DNA from: the human T2T-CHM13v2.0 reference genome, Homo sapiens
Direction: 5' to 3' (one strand)
Length of the DNA: 64,000 bases
NCBI RefSeq assembly: GCF_009914755.1
Contig: NC_060926.1
The notes below the pieces were generated by a model. That model was not told the DNA's origin. It saw nothing but the letters and a program-made list of their open reading frames with translations, and did not search any database. A program made the translations under genes and the position numbers. The first letter of the stretch is position 1, and each line of letters opens with the position of its first letter. Positions 41,607 through 59,354 of the stretch are shown here, one piece after another.

Positions 41607-44600
41607 CATTTTTATTGACATATAATAGATGTTACATATTTGGGGATACATGTGATAATTGAATGCATTCATATAATTATAAATATTTGTATTTTCTTTA
41701 TGCTAGAAACCTTCAAATTATTCTCTTCTAGCTATTCTAAAATATGCAATAGATTATTGTAAAATATAGTCACCCTACTGATTTATCCAATACTAGGTCT
41801 TATTTTTTCTGTCAAACTATATTTGTTTACCCATTAGACAACCTCTCTTCATCTGCGTCTCCCCCCAATCTTTCTAACCTCTAGTAACTACCAGTCTACT
41901 CTCTACCTTCATGAGATCCACTTTTTTAGCTCCCACATATGAGTGAGAGCATGCAATGTTTCTTTCTTTGCTTAGTTTATTTATAACAACTTCTAGTTCT
42001 TTTATATTGCTGAAAATGATAGGATTTCATTCTTTTTATGACTGAATAATATTTTGTATATATATATACATATATATGTATATATATTTATATATATTTT
42101 GTATATATGTGTGTGTATATATATATATTACATATTTTTTATGCATTCACCCATTGATGAACATGTAGGCTGATTTCATATTTTGGTTATTGTGAATAGT
42201 GCTGCAATAAACATGGGAGTGCAGATAATTTCTTCAACATATTGATTTTGTTCCTTTTAGATACTTATGTAATAGTGGAATTGCTGGATCATATGGTAGC
42301 TTTATTCTTAATATTTAAAGAAAGCTCCATACAGTTTTCCACAGTGGCCATAATAATTTACATTTCCACCAAAAGTGTATGAGTGTTCCCCTTTTATCAC
42401 ATCCTCGCCAGCATCTGCTAGCTCCTGTCTTTTTAATAGAAACCATTTTAACTGAGATGAGATGATATCTCATTGTGGTTTTGATTTACATTTCTCTGAT
42501 GATTAGTGATGTTGAGCATTTTTCATATACCTATCAGCTATTTATATGTCTTCTTTTGCAAAATATTTATTCAGATCATTTTTTCATTAAGTTATCAAAT
42601 TATTTGGGTTTTGCTATTGAGTTGTCTGAGTTCCTTACATATTTTGGTTATTAATCCCTTGTCAGATGAATAGTTTGCAAATATTTTCTCCCATTTTGTA
42701 GGATGTTTCTTCATCTGATGATTGTTTCCTTTGCTGTGCAAAATTTTTTGGGATATAATTTCATTTGCCTATATTTATTTTTGTTGACTGTGCTTTTGCA
42801 GTTTATCCATAAAATCTTTGCCTAGACCAGTGGCCTGAAGTGTTTCCCCTATGTTTTCTTCTAGAAGTTTCATAAATAGGGGTGTAACATTAAGTTATTT
42901 AATCCATTGTGGTTTGATTTTTGCATATAGTGAGATATAAGAGTCTAGTTTCAGTCTTCTGCATATAGTTATCCAGTTTCGCAGTACCATTTATTAAAGA
43001 GATATTTCCATTCTATTGTATGTTTGTGATGCCTTTGTCAAATATCAGTTGGCTGTAAGTTTGTGGATTTGTTTCTGAACTTTTTATTATTTTCCTGCGG
43101 CCTATGTATCTGTGCTTAGTCCAGTACCATGCTGATTTGGCTATTATGGGTTCTTTTCCATATAAATTTAAAAATTGTTTTTCCTATTTCTGTGAAGAAA
43201 GTCATTGGTATTTTGATAGAAATTTCATGGAATCTGTAAGTTGCTTTGAATTGTGTTATCATAATAACTGTATTAATTCTTCTAATTCATGAACATAGAA
43301 TATCTTATCATTTTTTGCATGTCCTGCTTAATTTCTTTCGTTGATGTTTTATAGTTTTGCTTGTACAGACATTTCACTTCTTTGATTAAATTGATCCCTA
43401 GGTATTTTATACTATTTGTAGCTGTTGTAAATAAGATTGTTTTTATGATTTCTTTTTCAGATTGTTTGCTGTTGATGTATATAAATGGTATTGATTTTTG
43501 TACGTTGATTTTTAATTCTGTAACTTTATTGAATTTCTATATCATTTCTAAGAGTTTTTGCTGGAGCTTTTTCTAAGTATAAGATCATGTCATCCAAACA
43601 AGGCTAATTTGACTTTTTCCTTTACAATTTGGATGCTCTTTATTTCTTTCTCTTTTCTAATCGCTCTGGCCAGACTTCTAGTAATATGTTAAATAAAAGT
43701 GGTGAAAGTGAGCATCCTTGTCTTGTTCCAGATCTTAGAAGAAAGGCTTTCAATTTTACCCCACCTGACATGTTGGTATAGTTGCGAGTTTGTCAATATG
43801 TTATTTATTATTTTGAGATTTGTTCCTTCTCTACCCTGTTTGTTGAGGATTTTTATCATTAAGTGATGTTGAATTTTATTGAATGCTTTTTCAGCATCTA
43901 TTGAAATAAACATATGGGTTTGTTATTGGTTTTGTTACCATAATGTATCAAGTTTATTAGTCTGCATATGCACCATCCTTGCATCCCTAAGATGAATTCG
44001 ATTTGATCATGGTAAGTGATTTTTTTAGTGTTTTGTTGAATTCAGTTTGATAGTATTTTGTTGAGGATATTTACATCTATGTTCAATCAGTGATATTGAC
44101 TTGTAGTTTTCATTTTTTGTTGTATCCTTATTTGGTTTTGGTATCAGGGTAATACTGACCTACTAAAACAAGTTTGGAAGTATTCCCTCCTCCTCATTGT
44201 TTTCTTGAAGAGTTTGAGTTGAATTTGTATTCGTTATTTTAATATATAGTAGAATTCAGCAGTGAAGACATTAGATTGTGAGCTTTTCCTTGCTGGGAGA
44301 CATTTTATTACAGTTTTGATCTTGTTACTCATTATTTTTGAGGTTTGTTTAGGTCTTCTATTTCTTTACAGTTTAATCTTGGTAAGTTGTATGTGTTTAG
44401 GATTTCATAAATTTCTCCTAGGTTTTCAAATTTGTTGATATACAGTTGTTTTTAATAGTCTCTAGTGATTCTTTGTATTTTTGTCGTCTTGTTTTCTGTG
44501 TCTCCTTTTTCAATCTGATGTTATTTATTTTGGTTTTCTCTCTTTTTTTTTTCTTAGCTTATCTACCAAATATTGACTCCTTTATTATTATAATATACTG

Positions 44601-45785
44601 ATATTCTTTGTCTCTTTTTACAGTATTTGATTTGTGTCCCATTTTATCTGTTATAAGTACAGCTACTCCTTCTCTTTTTTGGTTTCCAGTTGCATAAAGC
44701 ATTTTTTCTCACCCCTGCATTTTCAGTCTCTGTGTGTCACTACAGGTGAAATAAGCTCCTTATAGGTAGCATATAGTTGGATCCTGTTTCTTTATTTGGC
44801 CACTCTATGCCTTTTAATTAGAGAACTGAGTCAATTTATATTCAGTGTTATTATTAATAAATGAGGACTTTCTACTGCTTTTTTGTTTCTTGTTTTCTGG
44901 TTGTTTGTAACTCTTCTCTACTCGATTATTCATCCTTTGTGGTTAGGTGATTTCTCTGGTAGTACATTTTATTTTGTCGCTTTTTATTTTCAGTGAATCT
45001 ACTATAGTTTTTGCGTTGTTGTTACCATGAGGCTTATAAAATTCATCTTATAGCTATAACACATTATATTAAAGAAATGAAAACTTAGATTACCAAGAAA
45101 AGGATAAAAACAATGGACAAATTGAAGAAAAAAATCTGCACTGTAACTCATATCCCCTCACATTTAGACTTTTTATGTTGCCTAATTTTATGTATTTGTA
45201 TATTGCCTATCTCTTAACTGATTGCTGTAGCTATTGTTGTTTTTGATAGACTTGTCTTGTGGGCTTATTTCCAGAGTTATGAGCAGATTGCAGGCCACAA
45301 TTATACTACTAGAGTATTCTGGGTTTTCCTGTGTTCTTAAGTTTACCAGTAGGCTTTATACCTTCAAATATTTTCTTTTTTCATAATAGTCCCATATGAT
45401 CCTTTTTTATTTTCAAGGGATACATTGTAATGCCTCCTCTTTGCTTCTTTTATTTAGAATTTTATTTATTTGAGTCTTCTATGTTTTTTTCTTATTTAGC
45501 CTAAGTGTTGACTTATTTTGTTTATTAAATAAACTATTAATTTACTTGTTTTTTTAACACTTTATTCTTTATTTTATTTACTTCTCCTCTAGTATTTATA
45601 ATTCCCTTCCTTATCCTCACTTCAGGCTTCATTTGTCCTTCTTTTTCTAGTTCCGTGAGCTATAAAGTTAGATTGCTTATTTGAGATTTTTTTTTAAGGA
45701 GGCATTTCTCACTACAACTTTTACTCTTCATATTGCTTTTGCTGAATCACTAACATTTGGGTATGCTATGTTTCCATTTTTATTT
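41607..45785 (-). mobile_element. L1MA element and further L1M fragments (3' UTR, ORF2, ORF1/ORF2 spacer) with internal deletions
   Basis: L1MA 3' end at ~41607; ORF 43689-43913 [16 protein letters not shown] is the RT motif; TA/TG-rich tract 42055-42130. Confidence 0.88.
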
Positions 45786-45809
45786 GTTAAACTTTAGAAG
45801 GGAAAAAAC

Positions 45810-46716
45810 ACAATGGGAAAAAATAGTGTCGTCAGTAAGTGGTGCTGGGAAAACAAACATTTGCATGTAAAAACGAAATCAAACGCTTATTTCACATTTT
45901 ATACAAAAATGAATTCAAGATGAATTCAAGATATAAATGTAAGACCTGAAACTGTAAAATCTGTGGGAAAAAACATAAAGAAGAAATTTCCTAGCATTGA
46001 TCTGGGCAATAATTTCTATATAGTACACCAAACACTCAGGAAACAAAGGCAAAAATGGACACTGGATTGGATCAAGCTAAAAAGTTTCTGCGCATCAAAG
46101 GAAAAAATAAAGAGAGTCAACCTGCAGAATGAGAGAAAATATTTGCAAGCCACATATCTCATAAGGGGTTACTATTCAAAATATGTAAGGAACTCCTACA
46201 ACTAAATATCAACAGAATGATAATAATAGTCTGGTTGTAAAATAGGCAAATGTCTAGATAGAAATTTTTAGAAGAAATATTTATGACCAACAGGTAGATG
46301 AAAGGTGCTCGCTATCACTAATCATCAAGGAACTGCAAATCAAAATCACAATGAAATATCAATTCACACCTGTTCGAGTGGCTACTAACAGAAAGATGAA
46401 AGATAAGTGTTGGCAAGGATATGCAGTAAGAGGAATCCTTGTACACTATTGCTGGGCATTCAAAATGGTTCAGCCAGTATACAAAACAGTATGGAAGTTT
46501 CTAAAAAAATTTAAAATAGAAACACGTTATAATCTAACAACTATAATTAGGGTATATTTCCAAAGAAAATATGATCAAGATGTAAGAGACATCCACATCC
46601 TCATGTTCATTTTAGTATTATTCATAGTAGCCAAGAAATTAAAAAACCTAAATGCTCAACAATGGATAAATAAATATATGAAGAAAACTGGGCATATATA
46701 TTAGCATTCCATTGTG

Positions 46717-46757
<41 letters not shown>

Positions 46758-47352
46758 ATGAAATAAGATTAATGGGCCTTTAAAAAATGAAGGAAATCAT
46801 CCCATCTGCACAATAAATCCTTGTGGAAGATGTTATGGTAAGTCTTCTGAGCTGGCAGACATTATGCTAAGTGAAATAAGATAAATGTAGAAAGACAAAT
46901 ACTGCATGATCTCACTTATATGTGCAATCTAAAATAATTAAATTCATAGAAACATAGTAGAATGGCGGTTACCAGAAGCTGAAGGAAGGGACAAATGGTC
47001 GCTTCAAGGTGGGACAAAGATGTTGGTCAAGGTGAGGTGTACAAAGTTTCGGTTTTGCAAAATGAAGAAGTTCTAGATATCTAATTGTAAAACAATATTA
47101 CTACAGTTAACGATATTGTATTGTATATTTGAAATTTGCTAAGCCAGTACATCTTATGTGTTCATAACACACACATTCACACAAACATGCACAGAATATA
47201 GTAACTATGTGAGACATGAAATTACAGATATGTTAATTAGCTTGATTGTGGTAAACATTTCCCAACGTAAAGATACATCAAGTCACCAAATTGTGAACCT
47301 TAAATATATATAATTTTTAGTTGTCAACTGCACTTCAATAAAACTGGACAAA
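45810..47352 (+). mobile_element. L1MA(8-10)-like ORF2 end and 3' UTR
   Basis: ggtgctgggaaaac, LDWIKLKSFCASKE, gacattatgctaagtgaaataag, ending cttcaataaaactgg; (CA)n at ~46719-46758. Confidence 0.88.
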
Positions 47353-47389
47353 AGTCAATTTTTTAATTAAAAGATTAAAAAAATTAATT

Positions 47390-49170
<1,781 letters not shown>

Positions 49171-49949
49171 GGTAGGTACAGACATCAGTGTCATGATTAA
49201 ACTTTAAAAAGAGTATTTGTTAATTGAGTTTTAAATTTATAATTGATAAACTGCAAAACTGGAATAGATTGTCTACTCAGGAGAACTTGAAATCATAAAA
49301 TTTTTCTTTTTTATTTTCTGATTCTTCACTCTATCCCTTCTTCTTTAATAAAACTGATTATTTTTATTTATTTATTTTTATTATGTTCTATGCTTTGAAG
49401 CAGCAGTTACTAGAAGCCCTTTAGGGTATTGTTCACTCACACTTTAAGGGCCTTTATTGATACCTAAATCAAACCATCTGCTTGACATTCAGAAGGAAGG
49501 TTAAAAAGAAAAAAGTCAACATTTATATTAGTTCTATGCAACATTATATTCTAGATGATAATGCAAGTTCATAAATGAATGTTGGCACTGCTTACAGTCA
49601 TTTGAGTCAGATGTTTTAAATTACTTGTGGGCAATTTGAGAACTTTGAAAATTTTAATACATAAATATGATTAGCTTAACCTAGGAAACCTCATTAATAA
49701 AACACAATCAGCCTTTTTATGAGACAGAGCCTATGTAAGGAAACTTATTTCTGTTTTAGGAATTCTAATAGTTGGTTGGTTTAAAATACAGGGTTGTCTT
49801 CCAAGGTATTAGTTATCAGTTTGCCAGAAAAGTAATTTTTATCAACTCTCTATTTTAAATATAAACTATCATATTTGACATTTTTGTATATTTTCCACGT
49901 TGGCCTTTCACTTCTCCAAGAAGCAAAGCATACAAAATAAAGGAGTTAA

Positions 49950-50105
49950 AAGCTAGATTTGTGACCGGGCTCAATTTACTGACCTTGGCCATGTTTATTA
50001 AATTTTCTCAATACATTCTTCTCAACTGTAAAATGAAAATAGCATAACTCATAGGATTTGCCTATATCAGCTATAAAAAATAAATGAGGAAGCATTTTAT
50101 AAAAG
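49950..50105 (+). mobile_element. MIR fragment
   Basis: tgaccttggccatgttt...ctcaactgtaaaatgaaaatagcataactcataggatt. Confidence 0.65.
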
Positions 50106-50839
50106 ATAAGAATAGTATATATTAGGTATTGGTAATATTTATATATTTACTTTAATTAACCATCTTCTCAAAAATGAGTGAAGTAGAAACATAAATACAA
50201 AATTATCTGTTTAATATTGCAGTACCATTCTCTATGCTTGACTTCACAGTCCTCTACTTGGGAAAAGTATGAAAGGAGATATTGGAATACATTATTGCCT
50301 GCTGAGGTATAGGCCCCAGACTCTTAGAGCTACTTTGACATAACCCTTCAAACTTTGTGTTTTCTCAACCTTACTTTAATTTTCACTAGCTTTTTAGCTA
50401 AGCATTCCCAAAGACAGAAAATGAAAGAGAGGAGCAGGTTGACATCAACCCAAAAACAAAGGAAAAATGGAGAAAGTCTCAAGACAAAGGAAGCTTTTGA
50501 ACCTTTTATCACTCATCTGAAAGCTCCAACTCCTAATACTATGGCCCAAGTCAGTCTTTGGCCAAAAGAGAAGCTCTTCTTGGGGGAGTTGTAATAATGG
50601 AGGGGAGATTCCTGGACGTTTCCTGTCTGTGTCAATTGTTACAATTCCTTATATTTTGTTCTTTTGCTGATTTAAAGAGTTGAACAGTCAGTTCCACTGT
50701 CAGTGAGAACTATAAATAAAACTCTGGTAGGAGAACTTCAGTAGAGATTTAAAAAATTTACCTTTTAAGGTTCACATTTTCAGAATTGCAGTTAGCCTTT
50801 GGTAACTTCTTGAGACTAATGACAGACTAAAGCTCATGA

Positions 50840-51262
<423 letters not shown>

Positions 51263-52168
51263 CTTACCCATTTCTTAACTTGATGTTATCTAACTCAGTC
51301 ATTTTACCAAAACGGGCTCAACAAACGGGTATTATGCATGTATTCAGATAAGAGCATAGCCCAAATCTTACAAAATCCAGCAACATAAAATATCTTCCAA
51401 ATACGCCCCCTGTATATTCTTAGATAAATTATTTCTTCCCACAGGAAAAAAAAAATGGGTCTCCAAAACTATAAAGCACATTTGAGTCAGTCCTAGCCAG
51501 AGAATGGTCTTGAAAATTTGGAAGATATGAAAATTGTGTATTCTTTTAGATTTTCTTAACTTTGCCTTTGTTTTGAGTCTGATATCTACAAATGTATGTG
51601 ATAATGTGAGGTTGGAATCCGAAAGAATTAGCAATAATAGAAGCAAGCTGCAAAACTTGGCACTACTATAATCGAAACCGTCTATGAAAGCTGCTAAATA
51701 TTTGTTATTGACAGCTGTAAGAATTCCTCTTATTTGCATAACCCAATTAAAAATTAGCAAAATAATTTCACATGTACTCGAGCCTTTTGAAGATGGTAGA
51801 TAAAATGGATAGTATTATGACTACTTTAGAGTAGGAAAAAAAAAAAAGAACTGAGAACTTATGATGGCAAATGACTGTCAAAATAAAAAGCAATTAGAAT
51901 GGGTTCCGGACTCAAAACCAGGGTCACTGCCCACTCCTAGAGACCAGTAATAAAACAGGACTGCACCAAGACCAACCTAATTCCCGGTAAGTGAAATTAC
52001 TAGGGGGAAACTGAAAGAGGTTAGGCAGTAGAATGGAAGGAACACATGCTCGAAAATCAGACAGACCTGAGTTCTAATTCTAGGTTCCTCTATTTACTCA
52101 GCTCTCAGATGATAAGTTTTCACATCATCACTCAATAAGTGTAAATATGAGAAATTTGTAAGATTATT

Positions 52169-52517
<349 letters not shown>

Positions 52518-52900
52518 TTATGCTTACCAACTAAATGATAATATTGATGTGATTACCTTATTTACTTCCCTGTTCTTAGTGCATTAATGTGGTGATATTG
52601 GGCTAAATGGTCTCTAAAGTACTCATAACTCCAGGTCCAATTAAGCTAATTAAGAATTGTTTGGTGAGCATATACAGGTGAATTTTCGGGTACATGTAAA
52701 TACTGCATTTAATTTGTCCAATATCATTTGATATTCAAATTCAACAAATATTTATATAATGCAATAGTAAATATAATTCAACAAGTATTTATTGAACACT
52801 TACTACATACTACAACCTGGAGGTTAGGTGGGGAACCCAACAAAACACCTGCCCTAAAGAAACCTGAATCCTAATAAGAAAAACAGATAATAAAAAGAAA

Positions 52901-53070
52901 ATATATATACACATAAATATATACACATATATATACACATATATATACATATATACACACATATATATACATATATACACATATATATACATATATATAC
53001 ATATATACACATATATACATATATACACATATATATACACATATATACATATATATACACATATGTATAT
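52901..53070. repeat. (ATATATACAC)n-like alternating purine/pyrimidine repeat
   Basis: Direct read; source of the Y/I/C/V/M-rich ORFs at 52810-53073. Confidence 0.95.
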
Positions 53071-53188
53071 CACATAGTGATAAATACTGTGAACTAAATG
53101 AAATAGCGTGTGGCTAGTGAGTGACTGACATACTTGGAGAGAGTTTTATGTAGGGAAGTCAAAGGAAATATCTAAGAAAGCAAAAAAA

Positions 53189-53477
53189 TTTTTTTTTTTT
53201 TGAGATGGAGTCTGGCTCTGTCGCTCAGGCTGGAGTGCAGTGGCGCAATCTCTACCCACTACGACTTCCGCCTCCCAGGTTCACGCCATTCTCCTGCCTC
53301 AGCCTCCTGATTAGCTGGAATTACCCGTACCCGCCACCACGCCCGACTAATTTTTGTATTTTTAGTAGAGACGGGGTTTCGCCGTGTTGGCCAGGTTGGT
53401 CTGGATACTCCTGACCTCAGGTGATCCGCCTGCCTCGGCCTCCCAAAGTGCTGGGCGTGAGCCATAGCCTGCAGCCC
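53189..53477 (-). mobile_element. AluS (mixed Sx/Y-like diagnostics)
   Basis: Full dimer with a 7-bp deletion near the 5' end. Confidence 0.9.
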
Positions 53478-54984
53478 AAAAAAGTGAGAAATTAGAAGCA
53501 ACCTAAGTGAAAGGATAGAGGGAGCTCCAGGGAGTGCTGGGGAAAAGAATACTCCAGGCACCATGAATGGGACATGCAAAGGTCCTGAGGAAGAGAACAC
53601 GAATGTGGCCAGGCTGGGATAAACAAAACAGAGTGTTAGGAGATACAGCAGGAAATAAGCCCAGGCCATGATGTATTCAGCCTTGTAGGCCATTGACTTT
53701 GTACTTTATCCTTCATGAAATAGCAACTGCAGGAAGGTTCTGAGCAGATGGCTAGCATCATCTGATGTATTTTTAAAAAATCACTCTGTTATGTACAGAA
53801 TAGACTGTGTACAATCCGTGAACAGGGTGGAAGCAGGGAGGTGTCAAGAAACTATTTTAATTGTCCATTTAATACATTTTTCATCCAATATGTGCTGTTG
53901 TTTATTTTAAAAATGCCCTATTTCCACATATCCTTACAATGTTGTTTCAAGGAACCTCCACTAAATTCTAACGTGGCTACAATTTGGCCAAACGGAAATC
54001 CCTCACCTGGGAACTAGCTCTCTCCTATGTGATGATGCTTTCCTAACATTTTGAATTATATATTACTTTCTACCCATTTACTCTGGGATAACCAGAGACC
54101 CTCACAGGACTCCTACCAAGACTACCACAGCTGAACCAATCCTGTCAACTCAGCATTGAGCAGTGAGCTAAATAATTTGCATTGACAGTGCAGTAGAGGA
54201 GAAGATGGAAATATCAAAAGGCAGGGAATGAAAGTGTATGCCTGCTAAATATCAGGGGAGGCCACTGACCTCACAATGAAAACATGGACAAGCAGATAAC
54301 TTGGGCTAAGTTGGTTTGGGAAAGTTTCCTGTGGGCAATGAGGAATTTCATTGGTTTGTCCTCACCTCCTCCTCTTGAATCTATTTCGTAAGTGAAAAAA
54401 AAAATCAGAAAGATTTTTTGTTTTTCATCAAAGAATACATTTTTCTAGGACTACAAGTTACAGCTCACTGGATAAAGTATTTTTTTAATTGGTAATGTCA
54501 TCTATAGATAATATTCATTAGAAAATGTACTAGTTAGTTTTCTAGATGTGTTTGTAACAGCCCTCTTTCAGACATTCCCTGAGAAACTCTCTAAAGCTGA
54601 AAGTATTTTATAACAATTGATTTAAAATCATATACTATATTTAAGTTTCTTATTTTGTGTTTGATGTAACATTTTGGCCTCCATGCAATTGACTTTTTTC
54701 TCATACTGTATTCAAAATTTTTCCACGGCAGGGCCTGACCTGTGCTAATTCACATCCGCAGTGAGTATGAGTTCTGTACTTTCTGTCATCCAATGGCCAG
54801 AATAAATCCCAAGACTGTATGATCTCTAGAAGGAGGACAACATAAGGATTCCACATAGAGATATTAGTGTCTGCGAACAGCTTTCGTTCCCACCTGGTCT
54901 GAGATGGTCTAGGTACCTGGGGACCCTGTAGCTCCACATACCCTCTTGATCCACAAAACACAGATGCTTTTACTAATGACTTTC

Positions 54985-55205
54985 ATCCATGCTATGGTTG
55001 TGTGATAAACCACTGCCAACTTAGTGGCATAAAAAACAAAAATAATTTTATTACGCTCAAAGATTTTCCAATCAGCCATTTGGAAAGGGCATAGCTAGGG
55101 TGGCTGGGCTGGGCTTTATAGCACCTGTCTTTCTCTGGGGTGGCAGGGGTGACACAGTGTCTGAGGTTTGCATCACCTTCAGGTGCACCCTCTTACAGGT
55201 CTGGG
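54985..55205 (-). mobile_element. Old MLT1 LTR fragment
   Basis: gctatggttgtgtgataaaccactgccaacttagtggcataaaa...tttggaaagggcatagctagggtggct. Confidence 0.6.
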
Positions 55206-55489
55206 AAGGTCATAGAGTCACCTTTTCTACAAGTTCTGAATTCTCTTTTTCTTTCAATCATGTACAATAAAACTAGGTTACTTTGCAATTGAAGATTACT
55301 ATTTAGGACTTTTGAGAGATCCAATGATGGGAGCATTGTTAATGAATCTTACATTTATTTCGGCATTTTTTCATATATAGATTTTCTTGCTATCATGGGG
55401 TTACTGAAGATACAAAGAATGAATCATGCCAGTCATGAGTCTCAGACAGATGACAAATAAATAGTAAATTATCAATTTACCGATTCTTT

Positions 55490-56900
55490 CAAGTGATATT
55501 TTTTGAGCAACTGTTATATATCATATGCCTTTCTGGCCAATGGAAATACAAGGAGAACAAGAGAGGAAAGGTTTTGCTCTTATGGAATTGCATGCCTGTG
55601 TGAGAAGAGAGAACAAGTGAGCAACAAGCAAGCAAACAAACAAAAAGTAAAGAATGTTCTTAGGGAATTAAAATAGGATAGAGCAATAGCAAGTGAACAA
55701 GTCAGACATTAGATTGACAACAGAAGCCCCTGTGAGAATATGGTACTCAAACTGAGATCTGGTGATAAAGTTGAAAGGTAAGAACACTTCAGGGAAATAT
55801 ATAACATTAGAGCAAGGCTTAATGTTCAAATAAGCTTAGAATTTTTGAGAAACAGGAAAAATACTAGTGAGTCAAGAATATAGGGAATAAAAGATGAAGA
55901 GGAGAGTTACATAAAGAGAAATTGAAGAGATAGTCAAGGGCTGAATTATAAAAGGCTTTTTACTCCCCAAAAAATAAAGTGTCAGGATTTTTACTAAAAT
56001 TTGAAGCCATTAGAGACATTAAAGAATGAGTGTTATAATCTTTATAAAAAAATAATTAGAAATCTGGTTGCTGAGTGAAAAGTGAATTGTAAGGATGAGG
56101 CCAAAACAAGATCAGGAGACTATTGAATGAGTCCTGATGAAAAATGGTGGCTGCTTTGACCAGCATGTGTGCAGTGGAATTGGAGTGAAGGGGTTTACTT
56201 CTGCATATATTTCAAGATAAAGTTCATAGCAATTCCTAATGGACTGGGTGTAGGAAGAAGAAAAGAAAGACACCTAGTTTTTCACTTCAGCAACTGATTT
56301 GAAGAAGCTTTTGAAGAAAGGAAAAAAGATCCACAGGGAGATGCACAAATGTAAGTCTGGACCTACAAGTAAAGAGTGGGACTGGAAATAAATATCTTAG
56401 AGCCACAGACTGAATGAGGTTACTTATGTAGATAAATAAGGAAGAAGGATCCCTACTATGTCCTCAGATATTTCAATAGATGTTAAGCAAGGAGGCAAAG
56501 CCAGAAAAAAAATCTCGTGAGAAATTGCCAGGAAACTAATGAGACGCTAGGGCAATTATGTAATCCAGAAGCCAACCGCAAGTAGACAATATTTGTCCAT
56601 TTTTTTCTGAGAAGCCAAGTAAAGTAAGTGGCTATTTGATATATCAAGGAGTAGGTTATTGATAACAATGCTGTGAACAATAGCTGTATAGTCGTGGGGA
56701 CCCAGTGGAGAAGAGAACTTTAGACATTAGAAAATGAGGACATTTAGAAGCACTTTATTCATTATTTTTCCATGTAAACAAGTAAAAAAAAATGTGCATC
56801 TGAAGTCAACTAAGGAATATATTTACATGTGTTTATAAGCTGTTAGGACAGATCCTATACAGAAAAATAAATTGATGATGCATGAGAGAGATGGAATAAT
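55490..56900 (-). mobile_element. Long L2 fragment
   Basis: tttgagcaactgttat...ttttgctcttatggaattgcat; gaagccattagag; gatcaggagactattg. Confidence 0.75.
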
Positions 56901-57095
56901 TGCAGGGGTATTGTAGTTACTCAGTGAAGACGAACGCTGGATGTCTGAGGAAAATCTTCAGAAATAAATAGATATCATCCAGACCTTTAGGGAAGCAGAG
57001 ATAATATGGCATGCAAAACTTCAATTTAAAATTCAGACTATAAAACTGTATTCCAGACATTCCAGATCAGTATATCCATCAATGTCTTTACTTTA

Positions 57096-57430
<335 letters not shown>

Positions 57431-57784
57431 CCAAATGCTTCTTGCTTCTTATCCTTCAAAATGCAAGATGATTTTTATTTATGTTTAATTAAATGCTGCT
57501 TAATTTTTTGTTGTGAAATGTCCATGTTTTTTAAATAATGCCATATATTCATGTCATACATAGGAATAAGCATGTTGACCTTTCCATCCTATTCAAGTTA
57601 ATTGAAGAAGTAAAAGAAAATATTTTATGTGTCATTCTGTTACAAGATTTGACTACATTCTACTCTCTTTCATAGAAGATGAAATTACTACTAGTATTTT
57701 AGTCACCAGTTGATAGAAAAATCAACACTGAAACTGAACTTTTCTATGCCCTCTTAGGCTGTTGGAAACATAAACTCCACCATT

Positions 57785-57915
57785 TTTTGTATTTTTATTG
57801 ATATATCTTAGTTGTACATATGTTTGGGGTACCTGTATAAAATGTGTAATGATCAATGGGATCAAATTGGGGTTATTAGGCTATCCATAGCCTCAAATGC
57901 TTATCTTTTCTTAAT
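57785..57915 (-). mobile_element. L1MA 3' end fragment
   Basis: tttttattgatata...gttgtacatatgtttggggtac...tgtgtaatgatcaa. Confidence 0.7.
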
Positions 57916-59354
57916 TTGTGCTAATATCCTAAAGTACACTGCCCCATCACCAAGGTCAAAATAAGATGAGACAAGAACATCTAAGACCTTAAAACAGGCC
58001 CCCAGAAGCTAACAGATCTATCTTCATCAGATCTAGATAGAGCTGTAAAATTCATAGCCAAATATAAATTTGGATTAGCTCCTTTAAAAATAGAAGTTTC
58101 AAGAAACTATGCTTTTTTCCAACCTACTTCACGCAGAGAATACTAAAATTAATAATGACTTAAGGAGATCTCTTTGATGTTCAGTTTAGTGTGCCACGTG
58201 CTATGTGAGGCATACAACAATAATAGAATGCATACAATTCAGAAGCTTACTTGTGATAGTATGATAAGTCTAAAGTCATGACCGCATTAATGTATTCTCA
58301 CATTTTCCAGGTTTATATTTATTGTTTTTTTTGTTGTTGTTTAGTCTTGTTTTGAAAACTTTATTTGTCATCTATCTAGAACTGATAGAAACAGTCTGAC
58401 TTGATTTTTCTCCCCTCCTTAATGGATACTTAACTAACCCAACGTCATTGATTCCATAATCGATCTTTTTCTGCTTAGTTGAAATATTGCTTATTTCATA
58501 CATATTACTTACTACATACATACTATATATGAATTTTATACATGCATGAGCCTAATTCTCAATTTTTTAATTAAAATTTTTATCCCAAATTTTTTATTAA
58601 AATCTGTACCATATTACAATCAAATTCATAGCATTTTAATATATAATCTATAATTAATAAGACAAGCCTACTGTCTATTCTTCTTTCTCAAAATTACCCT
58701 GACTCCTCTTGAACACTTATGATTTCATGTGCATTTTAAGATCACCTTCTCAAGATCTACACATATTTGAATTTCTGAGTAGAATGGGTAGCATAACAGG
58801 CTGATTCCATTTTTGGCAAAAAGAAAGAACTAATTAAAATTTGAGATGAATCCAACAAGCATTACCTAAATTACTACTTTGTACCAAGTACTATATTAGG
58901 AATGAAGGCTAAAAAATAAATTAAATAAGAAAACCTCCCTGCTCTCTTAAGGTTTTAATCTAATGAAGACACAGAAACATAAAAGGTTGATTGCTCTGAA
59001 AGCATTTCTTAGTGGTTACTTTCTGAGTAGTATTGTCAATTATTCCCCACAGCAAGTATCACAGCCACCCTCCCACCCATGAGACAATCTACTGGATGTT
59101 TCTGTTCAACTCTTTCTCATCAAATTACGTTTTATGCTAAATGTTCATATGCACTATTTATTTTCTTAAATACTCTGTATGCTACATCTTGTACTTGAGT
59201 ATGAAGGAGTTAATTCTCTCGAGAAGCTGATGATCTAGAGGTGAAAACACACCAACTGAAAACTACAATGAAGTGCAGTAAATACTGTGAAAGAGTCTAG
59301 GGTAGGGGGCCATAAACACCACACAGTGTGAGCAGAACTCTGCAATAGTTGACA

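Larger units (their letters stand above)
52776..53870 (-). mobile_element. L2 3' region hosting a microsatellite and an Alu
   Basis: attcaacaagtatttattgaacacttact; gcaaaggtcctgagg; catctgatgtatttttaaaaaatcactctg. Confidence 0.75.

Noticed and set aside
45909-45932. Short tandem duplications (ATGAATTCAAG x2; similar ones at ~3598, ~34231, ~59461, ~62722)
   Set aside because: Ordinary slippage events within repeats
41607-47352. Opposite-strand L1MA blocks as one inverted insertion
   Set aside because: Each block has its own 3' end and no shared TSD was found, so these are independent elements
51368-51760. 130-aa minus-strand ORF (also 24275-24658, 22003-22362)
   Set aside because: Non-ATG starts, no homology recognised, lengths compatible with chance
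52810-53073. Y/I/C/V/M-rich ORFs
   Set aside because: Translation of the ATATATACAC repeat
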